A stretch of DNA of 64,000 bases from Bacteroidales bacterium (GTDB lineage: Bacteria; Bacteroidota; Bacteroidia; Bacteroidales; GCA-2748055): assembly GCA_040903745.1 (NCBI GenBank), contig JBBDUV010000047.1, positions 3,779 through 67,778 of the forward strand, written 5' to 3'. How positions within the stretch are numbered: position 1 is the first letter of the stretch; each line of letters begins with the position of its first letter. The notes under the pieces are model-generated. The model was not told the origin of the DNA. It ran no database searches and was given only the letters and a program-made list of their open reading frames with translations. A program made the position numbers and the translations under genes. Positions 39,927-50,146 of this stretch are shown here, in pieces.

Positions 39927-40493
39927 TTAAAACGAGGTCCCTTTATACACCCGGCTCCTGGTAGGGTGGACCAGCCGACCGGAATAGCGCAGCGATCCTG
40001 AAAAATTGCCGCTTACCCGGGCATCGGCTCGACCACTGGAGGAGACACTGATCGTGACATCGTAGTTGCCCATGGTGCTTCGCAGGCCGTAGCTGATGTT
40101 ATAGGTGCCCCGCTTCTCATTTTTATCCACTTCATACCGAGATACCGGTCCTTCGAGTGTAACACCCCCTACACCGTTTTGTCCGAGGTAGAGCGGACTG
40201 CCCACCTGGATCACTCCGTAGGTGGAATCGACCAGGAGGAAATTGATGGTTGATTGTACCTGAAGACTCTGTCCGTAGCGGTCGTAAAGCATGTCGGCTT
40301 CCAACACAAAAGCAGGTGCGGTCACCATCTCCTCAACCAGCAGGGCATATCGCGCCGACTCTTCCTTCTCAATCCGCTGCTTCTCCTCTTTCAGCAACTT
40401 TCGCTGCTCCCGGGGACTGAGCTTTCCGGTGTCCTGCGCCTGGGAGATTCCTCCGAGCATGACTACAGCAATTATAATTGCTAAGTTTTTCAT
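39927..40493 (-). CDS. DUF4251 domain exported protein
   Basis: Signal peptide, FVLEAD, NF...GVIQ, NGVGGVT..G, YSGRL. Confidence 0.75.
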   Translation of the reverse strand: MKNLAIIIAVVMLGGISQAQDTGKLSPREQRKLLKEEKQRIEKEESARYALLVEEMVTAPAFVLEADMLYDRYGQSLQVQSTINFLLVDSTYGVIQVGSPLYLGQNGVGGVTLEGPVSRYEVDKNEKRGTYNISYGLRSTMGNYDVTISVSSSGRADARVSGNFSGSLRYSGRLVHPTRSRVYKGTSF

Positions 40494-40511
40494 CTATCCG
40501 TATAAATCCTG

Positions 40512-41945
40512 TTAACGACGGTGATTTTTGATGTGGTTCCTGTATTCGGAACGATCGATCCACTCTTCAAGGTATGCTTCATATCGGGGATCCGCAGGCC
40601 AGTGTTCCGGTTCCGGATGATCTTTCAATACTTCTCCCTCAGGATAATCTTTTCCCAAGATACTGGATTCAACAGAAGCATTCCATTCGTTGAATTCATC
40701 TTTCATTTTCTCAAATAACCTGGGGCTGAGATCTGATATGTTCTGCGTCTCCGAGGGATCGAGCTTCAGATCATACATTTCAAATTCTTGCTCTCTCCAA
40801 TTGGTTGCTACCAATTTCAGGTTGTTGTCAATTAGAGCACCAGTTTTGTTAAAGCTGAACTTAATACTATTCTCCCTCGTGGGAATATCTTCATAGAAGA
40901 GTGGCAGGATGCTTTCTCCGTCTACCGGTTCAATCATAACATCTGAAGGGAGGTCCAATATGTCAGCGATTGTTGGAAAAATATCCATCGTTGAAGCAGG
41001 ATAGAGAGAGATTTTGGGATCTATTTTTCCGGGCCACTCAATAATTGCAGGAACCCTTAGTCCTCCTTCCCAAACTGATCCTTTAAATCCTCTTAAATGC
41101 CCTACAGAGCTGGGCTCCACATCGTTCAATCCGCCGTTATCACTGCTAAACCAAATCAATGTGTTTTCTGACAGATTAAGTTCCCGGAGACTACTTCTCA
41201 GCATACCGACGCTTCTGTCGAATGCAACCAACTCTCCGTAGTGTGCGCTGCTTTTCGGGTCCAGATCACTGAATTTTGCACTGTCCTCCTGAAGGGCAAG
41301 AAACGGACGGTGCGGTGATCCATCCCATATCACTGCAAAAAACGGGTTGCCTGCATTGCTGCTTTCCCTGATAAACTGTAACGCTTCTTTTACAATTACC
41401 TCTGAAGAGGTGCCTTTAAACTCTTTGAACTCACCCTGGTCGCTCATCAGCGGATCGAGGTCAAAATAGTTGGTTACTGTCAGCCAGCGTTCAAATCCAA
41501 ATGCTGCGGGACCGTGTGGGTCATCAGCGAGGATCGGAACACCGGGTCCGCGCAGTGCATCCAGGTGCCATTTACCGAAATGACCGGTTGCATAACCTTC
41601 TGCTCTCAGCGCCTGGGCAATGGTTATCTCCTGTAACCGCAGTGCATATCCATGTGCAGCTACTCCGGTCCGGTTATTTGCCCTGCCAGTTAACACGCTG
41701 GCACGGGTGGGGGAGCAAACAGGTGCACCTGCATAAAACCTGTCGAGTCTTAATCCATTTGCTGACATGGAATCCAGATTGGGGGTTTCTAGCACCGGGT
41801 GATTATAATAACCGGTCTGCCCCCAACCCTGATCATCTGTCATAATTAAAATGATATTGGGTTGTAATTTTTCTGGCTGCTCTGCGCATCCAGCAACAAG
41901 GTTAAGTAGCATAAAAATTACGATTGTTCTGCCTGTTAGTTTCAT
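40512..41945 (-). CDS. Sulfatase (Cys-type, formylglycine-dependent) lipoprotein
   Basis: Lipobox VAGC, PNIILIMTDDQG, CSPTRASVLTGR, GKWHL, SDNGG, EGGLRVP. Confidence 0.93.
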   Translation of the reverse strand: MKLTGRTIVIFMLLNLVAGCAEQPEKLQPNIILIMTDDQGWGQTGYYNHPVLETPNLDSMSANGLRLDRFYAGAPVCSPTRASVLTGRANNRTGVAAHGYALRLQEITIAQALRAEGYATGHFGKWHLDALRGPGVPILADDPHGPAAFGFERWLTVTNYFDLDPLMSDQGEFKEFKGTSSEVIVKEALQFIRESSNAGNPFFAVIWDGSPHRPFLALQEDSAKFSDLDPKSSAHYGELVAFDRSVGMLRSSLRELNLSENTLIWFSSDNGGLNDVEPSSVGHLRGFKGSVWEGGLRVPAIIEWPGKIDPKISLYPASTMDIFPTIADILDLPSDVMIEPVDGESILPLFYEDIPTRENSIKFSFNKTGALIDNNLKLVATNWREQEFEMYDLKLDPSETQNISDLSPRLFEKMKDEFNEWNASVESSILGKDYPEGEVLKDHPEPEHWPADPRYEAYLEEWIDRSEYRNHIKNHRR

Positions 41946-42186
41946 TTATATTCTTTATTTCAATAATTGTTATATTATACTATAACTAACGTTTTAACTT
42001 CAATTAACTGGTTGCCTCATACCGAAAATATCTCTCCTCAATGATGAGGGTTCATAATAGTAGTAAACTCAATGTTAATATCCCGGGTTAATGGTTTTTA
42101 CATTCAAAAGAGAACTATAAAAATAGAAAAAATCAGCTGCTTTGCATAATCCAATTAACAATTAACAATATTGCTTATTCGCTTTC

Positions 42187-44640
42187 TTAAGCTCCTCTTA
42201 CGACCGCTCCAAGCTCCTGTTCAAAAGCTGCAGAGATCCTCCCCATCGTTTTATCGATCTGCTTGTCGGCGAGTGTTTTATCTTCATCACGTAGGGTGAA
42301 ACTGAGGGCATACGATTTTTTACCGCTCTCGATCTTCTCGCCCTCATACACATCAAAGAGCTCCACCTGCTTCAGGAGTTTCCTCTCTGTCCTGAAGGCC
42401 AGATCCCTCAGTTGTTCAAACCGCACATCTTTATTCAGCATCAGGGAAAGGTCCCTTTTTACCTCAGGAAACCGGGGCAGTGGCCGAAAGGTTACCTTGC
42501 TTTTTTTATGCAGCCTGATGATCAGGTCCCAATTGAACTCTGCGGCATACACCTCCTGGCGGATATCAGATGACTTCAGGTGCGCGTCCGAGACCTTTCC
42601 GAAAGTGATCACCTTTCCTTTGCCGGTATGATACTCAAGTGCCTGGTCGTAGGCATCATTTTTCACCTCAATCACATCCAGCTTTCCTGTATCGATTCCC
42701 AGCTTGTCGAGCACCATCATCACCAGCGATTTAATGTGGTAATAGGAGGCCGGATCGGCCGCGGTGGTCCAGTTCTCCCCGGTAAAATCCCCTGTAATAA
42801 AAATACCAAGGCGTAGCTCTTCTGCATAATTCTCCTGCGGGTTCTCTGCCTTTTTCTCCGGGTGCCTGAAATAGCAATAGCCGAACTCATACAACTTCAG
42901 ATCAGGCCGCCGCCGGTTGATATTATATATCACAGCCTCCAGTCCGCCGGGCAATAAACTCTGCCTCATACATGAAAGGTCCTGGCTGAGCGCGTTTTGG
43001 ATCCGAACTGCCGTGGGATCATCGTTATCGAAATAGCTCTCCCTGGTGAGCGAATTGGACTTGATCTCCAGGAATCCGATACTGCTCAGCATATCTGAGA
43101 TTGTGTTTATCACCTTTTCCCGGTCGGGCTTTTCAATGTAGGTGAGGGTGGAGTTTACATGCTCATCGAACTCCACGTTGTTGTATCCGTAAATCCGCAA
43201 TATCTCTTCAACGATATCCGGCTCCTTTTTCACATCCACGCGGTAAGGTGGCACCCTGAGTACCATCCCTTCCGAATCCCTTTTCTCAACGCGGATATCC
43301 AGCGAGTCGAGAATGCTGACAATCGTATCCGGATCGATCGTTTTGCCGATCAGCCTGGCCATATTGGCAAACGTTACCTCCACCCTGAAATCCTCGACAG
43401 GATCAGGATAGATATCTATAATCTCCGAAGAGATCTTCCCTCCACCAATCTCCTTTATCAACATAGCAGCCCTTTTTAGTGCGTAAACCGTGCCATTGGG
43501 ATCCGTTCCCCTTTCAAACCTGAAAGAGGCATCGGTATTCAGTTGGTGATGCTTTGCCGTTTTCCTGATAAATACAGGGTCAAAGCAGGCCGATTCAAGA
43601 AAAATATCTGTGGTCTGTTTCGTCACGCCCGATCCTGCGCCGCCGAAAACGCCCCCAATACACATTCCTCCCTGCTCATCACAGATCATCAGGTCGTTCC
43701 CGGTAAGCTTCCGCTCTTTTTCATCAAGTGTGGTGAACGTCGTATTTTCCGGAAGGGTGCGAACAATCACCTTGCTGCCACTGATTTTTGCAGCGTCGAA
43801 GGCGTGCAGTGGCTGACCGGTTTCATGCAATACATAGTTGGTGATATCCACAATGTTATTGATCGGTTCCTGTCCGATCGCCCTGAGCCTGTTCTTCAGC
43901 CAGTCGGGACTCTCTTTCACGGTTAGTCCGGTAAGGGTTACACCCGAGTACCGGATACAGGCCTCCGGGTTCTCTACGGTAACACCGATCGGAAGTTCAT
44001 TGTTGTCCTGGGTGTATGCATCGACTGACGGTTTTTTTAGTTCGACCGGCTGACCCTGCTGCTTCAGGTATGCAGCGATATCACGCGCAACACCAATATG
44101 TGATGCCCCGTCGATCCGGTTGGGTGTAAGTCCGATTTCCAATGCCACATCCTTCTCCAGTTGGAAGTAATCGCTTGCCTGACTTCCTTCCTTAGCGTTG
44201 TCGTCCAGCACCATGATTCCTTCATGACCATGCCCCAGTCCGAGTTCATCCTCTGCACAGATCATGCCCGAAGATGCTTCTCCCCTGATTTTTGCTTTTT
44301 TAATAACGAACCCCTCCTTGCTGCCGGAAGGATACAGTGTGGCACCCACTGTAGCCACCGGAACGGTTTGTCCGACAGCTACATTCGGGGCTCCACACAC
44401 AATCTGTACCGGCTCCTCATTTCCAATATCGACCATGGCAACAGTGAGTTTATCTGCATTGGGATGCTTCGAGCAGGTGCGTACCTTGCCAATGACAACA
44501 CCTTCCAGTCCCCCTTTTACTGTTTCATATTCCTTAATTCCTTCTACCTCCAGGCCGGTATCGGTTAGTATTCTGGCTAGCTCAGCTGGCTCAATTGAGA
44601 AGTCCAGATATTGTTTCAGCCAGTTGAATGAAACTATCAT
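42187..44640 (-). CDS. pheT: Phenylalanine--tRNA ligase beta subunit
   Basis: HPNADKL, IVCGAPNV, LTPNR, GQPLHAFD, SFRFERG, C-terminal anticodon-binding domain (FPEVKRDLS). Confidence 0.97.
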   Translation of the reverse strand: MIVSFNWLKQYLDFSIEPAELARILTDTGLEVEGIKEYETVKGGLEGVVIGKVRTCSKHPNADKLTVAMVDIGNEEPVQIVCGAPNVAVGQTVPVATVGATLYPSGSKEGFVIKKAKIRGEASSGMICAEDELGLGHGHEGIMVLDDNAKEGSQASDYFQLEKDVALEIGLTPNRIDGASHIGVARDIAAYLKQQGQPVELKKPSVDAYTQDNNELPIGVTVENPEACIRYSGVTLTGLTVKESPDWLKNRLRAIGQEPINNIVDITNYVLHETGQPLHAFDAAKISGSKVIVRTLPENTTFTTLDEKERKLTGNDLMICDEQGGMCIGGVFGGAGSGVTKQTTDIFLESACFDPVFIRKTAKHHQLNTDASFRFERGTDPNGTVYALKRAAMLIKEIGGGKISSEIIDIYPDPVEDFRVEVTFANMARLIGKTIDPDTIVSILDSLDIRVEKRDSEGMVLRVPPYRVDVKKEPDIVEEILRIYGYNNVEFDEHVNSTLTYIEKPDREKVINTISDMLSSIGFLEIKSNSLTRESYFDNDDPTAVRIQNALSQDLSCMRQSLLPGGLEAVIYNINRRRPDLKLYEFGYCYFRHPEKKAENPQENYAEELRLGIFITGDFTGENWTTAADPASYYHIKSLVMMVLDKLGIDTGKLDVIEVKNDAYDQALEYHTGKGKVITFGKVSDAHLKSSDIRQEVYAAEFNWDLIIRLHKKSKVTFRPLPRFPEVKRDLSLMLNKDVRFEQLRDLAFRTERKLLKQVELFDVYEGEKIESGKKSYALSFTLRDEDKTLADKQIDKTMGRISAAFEQELGAVVRGA

Positions 44641-44742
44641 ATTTGTTTATTTAAAAGATTGCCATTCGCATGTGTATCCTCCTGAATATTGAGGACTTTT
44701 CATACGAAGCTCAAAAATAGGAAATTTAAGAGAGAATCGGTG

Positions 44743-45117
44743 CTAATCAAGCAGCCATTTCAGGGCCGCCTCTTTTGTGCTGAATACTTTGGAACGGTAA
44801 TTCCTGATCTGTGCCTTTTCGGAGAACAGGGTGGTGATAACTGTTGAGTAGGGGTCTTCTGCTACAAAAGCCTCTGTGAGTCTCTCATAATTGCCGGATG
44901 CCTGTTTAAGTGAGTCGACCATCTCATCGATATCTTCGGGCCTTATCTGGTAGTTCGTTGTCGTAACAAAACAGATCACCCTGAGGTCCCTGGGGTATTC
45001 ATTGTTTTTGGCGAGACCATTATAATAATCTATAACGAATTGTTTGGCAAGCTGATTCTCTACGGTCAGAATCAAAATCCCCAGGCTGTTATCGAAAGTA
45101 GTAATCAGACGGCTCAC
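44743..45117 (-). CDS. Hypothetical protein (STAS/SEC14, SpoIIAA-like)
   Basis: C-terminal KVFSTKEAALKWL pattern; start uncertain. Confidence 0.55.
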   Translation of the reverse strand: MSRLITTFDNSLGILILTVENQLAKQFVIDYYNGLAKNNEYPRDLRVICFVTTTNYQIRPEDIDEMVDSLKQASGNYERLTEAFVAEDPYSTVITTLFSEKAQIRNYRSKVFSTKEAALKWLLD

Positions 45118-45221
45118 AGAGTTATATTTATGTACTTGAACAGTTCAAGTGGTTGAAACATGGCTGCGATAAATGTATGAATATTTACGTAATTTACAAG
45201 GCAATTTTGTTAACAGGGGGT

Positions 45222-45659
45222 TTACGTTTGACGAATATGTGTTTCGAGCAGACCGACAAACACTTTGTGGGCCTCGGGATAGGTTGCGGGTGCAGGACTA
45301 TCCCCGGTAATCATTATTTCGCCAATTTCCGATTCAGGAAGTGGTCCGCGCTCCTTTACTTGTGCAAAGAACAGCCGGCCAAAAAGAAGTTTTCCCTGGA
45401 TGGATACCCTATAGTCGGTGAGTACAAACATTTCTGATTCGGTTGTCCCGGTCTCCTCGTACAGCTCTCTTATTGCAGCCTCCCCGGCCCCCTCATATTT
45501 TTCAATATGTCCCGCAGGCAGTTCCCAGCTCTGTCGTTCCCTGTGACGCACGAAAATCCATTTGTCATTTTCACGGGCCCCGATCACTACATAGGTGAGA
45601 TCAGCAGGAGGGATGGTTCCTTCCTTAAGAAGGGTTATCTGAATGTCGTCACTCATCAT
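45222..45659 (-). CDS. NUDIX hydrolase
   Basis: WELPAGHIEKYEGAGEAAIRELYEETG Nudix box. Confidence 0.9.
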   Translation of the reverse strand: MMSDDIQITLLKEGTIPPADLTYVVIGARENDKWIFVRHRERQSWELPAGHIEKYEGAGEAAIRELYEETGTTESEMFVLTDYRVSIQGKLLFGRLFFAQVKERGPLPESEIGEIMITGDSPAPATYPEAHKVFVGLLETHIRQT

Positions 45660-45830
45660 AATATCGACATCCGGGATCAATGGTTGTTCATTTTATTTGT
45701 CGATTTCGATCATAAATGACTACAAGAAGGCGTCAAGAGCAAGCCACTGGTAAAAACATCCGGTTTTCTTTCAAAGTATTCGCTAACTTCGGCAATTTCA
45801 ATACTTTTGTAATTCTAAAACAGAGAGAAC

Positions 45831-46637
45831 ATGGGGAAGAGCAACAACAGACCGCTGATACTGGTTACCAATGATGATGGTTACAAAGCGAAGGGTGTCT
45901 CCAAATTAACCTTGATAGCAAAAGAGTTTGGAGATGTTGTGGTCATGGCTGCTTCAGAATCACAGTCAGCCAAATCACATTCCATAACAATTAAGGATCC
46001 CATCATGTACAAAAAGATGGAGGAATCCGCCGAGCTGACCAGGTACATACTAAAGGGCACGCCGGCCGACGGTGTTAAGATGGCTCTCAACAGTATTCTT
46101 AACAGGAAGCCCGACCTCCTGCTTTCCGGGATCAATCATGGCACCAATTCTTCAATAAGCGTGGTATACTCAGGTACGATGGCAGCTGCACTTGAAGGGG
46201 CCATTCATAAGATCCCGTCCATCGGTTTTTCTTTACTCGATTATAGTCCGGATGCTGACTTCGACGCTGCCGAGCCTTTTGTAAAGCAGATCATACAGCA
46301 GACGATCAGTAACGGACTTGCAGAGGGTATATGTCTGAATGTTAACATCCCTGCTGTACCAAGGGAAGAGATAAGGGGTATTATGATTTGCCGGCAGACC
46401 AACGGATATTGGAAAGAGTCATTCGAGATCAGGGATGATCCACGGGGAGCCAAGTATTCATGGCTTACAGGTAATTTCGTTAACAGGGAGCCTGAGGCGA
46501 CAGATACAGACGAATGGGCCCTGCAGAACAATTATCTTTCAGTCGTTCCCATACAGTCAGATTTCACTGCCCATGAGCAGATTGGTAAGTTGAAAGCCTG
46601 GGAGAAATCAGATACATATAATGAAAGCAGCCGTTAA
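45831..46637 (+). CDS. surE: 5'/3'-nucleotidase SurE
   Basis: ILVTNDDG, GTPADGV, SGINHG.N, YSGTMAAA; -7 element TACTTTTG at 45802. Confidence 0.96.
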   Translation: MGKSNNRPLILVTNDDGYKAKGVSKLTLIAKEFGDVVVMAASESQSAKSHSITIKDPIMYKKMEESAELTRYILKGTPADGVKMALNSILNRKPDLLLSGINHGTNSSISVVYSGTMAAALEGAIHKIPSIGFSLLDYSPDADFDAAEPFVKQIIQQTISNGLAEGICLNVNIPAVPREEIRGIMICRQTNGYWKESFEIRDDPRGAKYSWLTGNFVNREPEATDTDEWALQNNYLSVVPIQSDFTAHEQIGKLKAWEKSDTYNESSR

Positions 46638-46914
46638 ATACGACAAACTGGGAGCAGGACTATTTTTGGGGATCCTGCTGCCTGTACTCTCTTTTATCAT
46701 TGGATGGGGTATTATTTCCGACGTTACCCTCGGGGAGTATTTCCGGCAATTTGAGCAATTGAACAGGCTATCCAGCCTGATCAGCCTGAGTGCCCTGCCC
46801 AACCTGTTGCTGTTTTTCGTTTTTATCTGGCTGAACATGTACCGGGCAGCCAGGGGGGTAATATTTGCAACATTGATTCTCGCTTTTTTGATGCTGATTG
46901 TTAAGTTTTTTTAG
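46621..46914 (+). CDS. Small membrane protein between surE and lpxB
   Basis: Three hydrophobic segments, PNLLLFF, RGVIFAT. Confidence 0.7.
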   Translation: MKAAVKYDKLGAGLFLGILLPVLSFIIGWGIISDVTLGEYFRQFEQLNRLSSLISLSALPNLLLFFVFIWLNMYRAARGVIFATLILAFLMLIVKFF

Positions 46915-46920
46915 TTTATC

Positions 46921-48072
46921 ATGAGGTATTTTCTTATTGCAGGCGAAGCCTCCGGTGATCTTCATGCATCCAATCTGATGGTTGGATTAAAAGATGTGGA
47001 CCCGGAAGCGGAGTTCATGTTTGTGGGGGGTGACCTGATGGCTGAAGTTGCCTGTCAGAAACCTTTTCAGCATTACAGGGAGATAAATTTCATGGGTCTC
47101 TTTGCCGTAATAGCCCATATGAGGTCACTACGGAGAATCCTTTTAAACACGAAAAAAGCAATTATAGATTATGCTCCCGATGCATTGATCCTCGTAGATT
47201 ATGCCGGGTTTAACCTGCGGATCGCCCGGGCTGTTGCAGGGAAGGGAATCAGGATATTCTATTATATCTCACCGAAAGTGTGGGCCTGGAGAAAATCGAG
47301 GATCAGGCTCTTGAAAAAATATGTTGACCGGCTGTTTGTGATCTTTCCCTTTGAAGTTGAATTCTTCCGGCAGAACGGAATGGAGGTTGATTACCAGGGG
47401 AATCCGCTGTTGGATGTAATGCAAGCGTTTAAACAGAAGAGGGTCAGCCGGGAGCAGTTTCTTGCATCAAACAATCTTCCCGACCGGCCGGTTATCGCCC
47501 TGCTTGCAGGTAGTCGCAAGCAGGAGATCACAAATTGCCTGCCTGAAATGATCAGGGCCTCACAAAGTTTTCCAGACCACAACTTTGTTGTTGCGGGTGC
47601 GCCATCAGTTGACAAATACATTTATGAATCATTGCTTGAAGGCACCGGGATCAGCATCGTTTATGACAAAACCTACCATCTTCTTTCCCATGCGCTGGCA
47701 GCTGTTGTGACCTCCGGCACCGCCACCCTGGAAACCGCACTTCTGGATGTCCCCCAGGTGGTTATCTATAAGACCGGTAAATTGACATACAATATTGGAA
47801 AAATATTTGTTAATTTCAGATTTTTTAGTCTGGTCAACCTCATTTTTGGGGATGAACTTGTGAAGGAGTTACTCCAGCATGGGGTTGAAGAGGGGATCCG
47901 AGATGAATTAAACAGAATAATAAATGAGCCGGAATACAGTTTAAAAATAAGAGCAGGATATGCACGGATCAGGCACCTTATGGGAGCAGCCGGAACCTCC
48001 CGGAGGATTGCAGGTAAAATGACAGAGCTGCTTCAAAAACGAGAACCTTTAGCTCATGAGCGCAGCGAATAA
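46921..48072 (+). CDS. lpxB: Lipid-A-disaccharide synthase
   Basis: AGEASGDLH, VDYAGFN, YYISPKVWAW, LAGSRKQE, SGTATLE. Confidence 0.96.
   Translation: MRYFLIAGEASGDLHASNLMVGLKDVDPEAEFMFVGGDLMAEVACQKPFQHYREINFMGLFAVIAHMRSLRRILLNTKKAIIDYAPDALILVDYAGFNLRIARAVAGKGIRIFYYISPKVWAWRKSRIRLLKKYVDRLFVIFPFEVEFFRQNGMEVDYQGNPLLDVMQAFKQKRVSREQFLASNNLPDRPVIALLAGSRKQEITNCLPEMIRASQSFPDHNFVVAGAPSVDKYIYESLLEGTGISIVYDKTYHLLSHALAAVVTSGTATLETALLDVPQVVIYKTGKLTYNIGKIFVNFRFFSLVNLIFGDELVKELLQHGVEEGIRDELNRIINEPEYSLKIRAGYARIRHLMGAAGTSRRIAGKMTELLQKREPLAHERSE
48051..48072 (+). repeat. Short variant of the dispersed element, copy 3
   Basis: AGCTCATGAG-CGCAG-CGAATAA: same flanks as copy 1 with the inner hairpin replaced by CGCAG. 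Confidence 0.55.
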
Positions 48073-48175
48073 TAACGCAGTAGTTGGCGTTTTGGCTTCG
48101 CCGAGCTCGCAGGATCGGTTCTTGCAAAGACTAGTTAAGAAATCTTTGGGATCGGTGAGAAAATATTTGGGATTG

Positions 48176-49381
48176 ATGAGAGAATTGCTTGGAAGGAACA
48201 AAAACAGAAAGCGGGGCGTGATGCTCTTGCTGATGTTGATCATGGCTGTCATGGGGCTGAATGCCCAGGCAATAAGGATCGGTCTGTACCATAATGAAGT
48301 GGTACGGTCTGTAGCTGTTTCCTGTACTGGGGGAGCGTACATCATCATGGTTGGTGACGAACGGATAGGTGAGTTTAAAGAGGGCGATATTCTTTTTGCT
48401 ACACTTGAAAACGATCGTGTCAGACTCTACACCGCGAGCCGTGTTATCGGAAGTTTTGTTGAAGTGGAGCTAAGAAGCATCAACCTGACCAGCACATTCA
48501 GAATACGTCCGGTAATCCCGGCGCTCGATTCCCGGTCGTACGACGATGATCTGCTGCTCTTTTCGGGGGAGGACTATCTGAACATCATTAACCAGGTAGA
48601 TTTTGATAAATATATTGCCGGGGTGTTGGAATCGGAAGTGGGACCGAATGCTGAAGATGAACTTTACAAGGCACATGCCCTGTTAACACGGACCTATCTA
48701 CTGAATCATTTTGAAAGGCACAAGGCGGAGGGTTATTCCTTGTGCGACGGTGTGCATTGCCAGGCCTATCATGGCCGGGTAGCTTTTAATCCCGAAATAC
48801 CCAGGTCTGTTTTCGAAACCAGCGGCGAAGTGGTGACCGATTTTCACTACAGGCTGATCTCAGCGGTTTACCACTCCAACAGCGGTGGTGAGACGCAACG
48901 GGCCTCCGATGTTTGGCTCAGGGATGTGGACTACCTGCAGGCAGTGATCGATCCCTATTCACTTCATCAGCCGAATGCGAAGTGGTATGACACAATCTAC
49001 TTTGACGAATGGAAAGCCTACCTGCTTGACAAAGGCATGGGGTCGGTGGAAAAGATCCCGGATGAACTTTTGTACGTTCAGCAGCGCCACAGAAGAAAGT
49101 ATTTTGTGCTCGATGAGGATTCACTTCTGATGACTACTATCCGGGATGACTGGGGCTTGCGATCTACATTTTTCAATATGTTTCCGGAGGTGGGTGACAG
49201 GATCGTGATTTGGGGAAAGGGATATGGCCATGGTGTAGGGTTGAGTCAGGAAGGAGCGATGTACATGGCAAAGCAGGGATTTAACTATAAGGATATACTG
49301 AGATTCTATTTTTTTAATATACGGATCATGCACTATGAGGATCTTCCCAGGTCGAGCCTGCCGGATTTGGGCTATGATTAG
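48176..49381 (+). CDS. SpoIID/LytB domain peptidoglycan lytic protein
   Basis: YIAGVLESE, LCDGVHCQAY, YHSNSGG, GYGHGVGLSQEGA; start uncertain (48056-48221). Confidence 0.88.
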   Translation: MRELLGRNKNRKRGVMLLLMLIMAVMGLNAQAIRIGLYHNEVVRSVAVSCTGGAYIIMVGDERIGEFKEGDILFATLENDRVRLYTASRVIGSFVEVELRSINLTSTFRIRPVIPALDSRSYDDDLLLFSGEDYLNIINQVDFDKYIAGVLESEVGPNAEDELYKAHALLTRTYLLNHFERHKAEGYSLCDGVHCQAYHGRVAFNPEIPRSVFETSGEVVTDFHYRLISAVYHSNSGGETQRASDVWLRDVDYLQAVIDPYSLHQPNAKWYDTIYFDEWKAYLLDKGMGSVEKIPDELLYVQQRHRRKYFVLDEDSLLMTTIRDDWGLRSTFFNMFPEVGDRIVIWGKGYGHGVGLSQEGAMYMAKQGFNYKDILRFYFFNIRIMHYEDLPRSSLPDLGYD

Positions 49382-49411
49382 GGGATTTTCAAGATACAAA
49401 ACCATGAAGCG

Positions 49412-50143
49412 ATGTGGGTAATATTTGGAAAAGAGATTAAGGGATTTTTCAGCTCCCTGACAGGATATGTTGTTATAATTGTGTTCCTTATCATGAACAG
49501 TCTTTTTATGTGGGTGTTTCCTGGTCAGATGAACGTGCTTGAAACGGGCTATGCTACACTTGAAAGCCTCTTTGCAATCGCACCGTGGGCTTTTCTATTT
49601 CTTGTACCGGCCATTACGATGCGAATGATCGCCGAGGAGAAGAGAGCGGGTACGCTCGAGTTGCTCTACTCCAGGCCAGTGACAGAGCTCCAGATTGTGG
49701 GCGCAAAATTTTTAGCTTCCTGGAGTCTGGTTCTGTTATCGCTGGTTCCGACCCTGGTATTTTTCTGGTCGGTATACAAACTCGGATCGCCTCCGGGCAA
49801 CATTGATATCGGTGGCTCCTGGGGCTCTTATATCGGACTGTTTTTTCTCGGTGGGATCTACGCATCGATTGGTATATTCGCATCTTCTGTCACAGATAAT
49901 CAGATTGTTGCATTTATTCTGGCAGTGCTGATGTCTCTACTGATGTACCTCGGTTTCGATCTTCTATCGGGTTTGGCAGATGCGGGAAAGACCAGCCTGT
50001 TGATCTCCAGCTTCGGAATCGATCACCATTATAATTCCATCAGCAGGGGGGTGCTGGATTCGCGCGACCTGCTCTACTTTATAGGTGTGATCGTACTGTT
50101 TATTGTATCGACCAGGCTTGTTTTACAGAGAAATAACTGGTAA
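49412..50143 (+). CDS. gldF: Gliding motility-associated ABC permease GldF
   Basis: KEIKGFFSSLTGY, PAITMRMIAEEK..GTLELL, HYNSISRGVLDSRD. Confidence 0.92.
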   Translation: MWVIFGKEIKGFFSSLTGYVVIIVFLIMNSLFMWVFPGQMNVLETGYATLESLFAIAPWAFLFLVPAITMRMIAEEKRAGTLELLYSRPVTELQIVGAKFLASWSLVLLSLVPTLVFFWSVYKLGSPPGNIDIGGSWGSYIGLFFLGGIYASIGIFASSVTDNQIVAFILAVLMSLLMYLGFDLLSGLADAGKTSLLISSFGIDHHYNSISRGVLDSRDLLYFIGVIVLFIVSTRLVLQRNNW

Positions 50144-50146
50144 GAA

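Noticed and set aside
48056-49381. SpoIID as evidence of sporulation; long N-terminal extension
   Set aside because: SpoIID/LytB domains are common in non-sporulating Bacteroidota; the extension overlaps the lpxB end and a repeat and is probably untranslated
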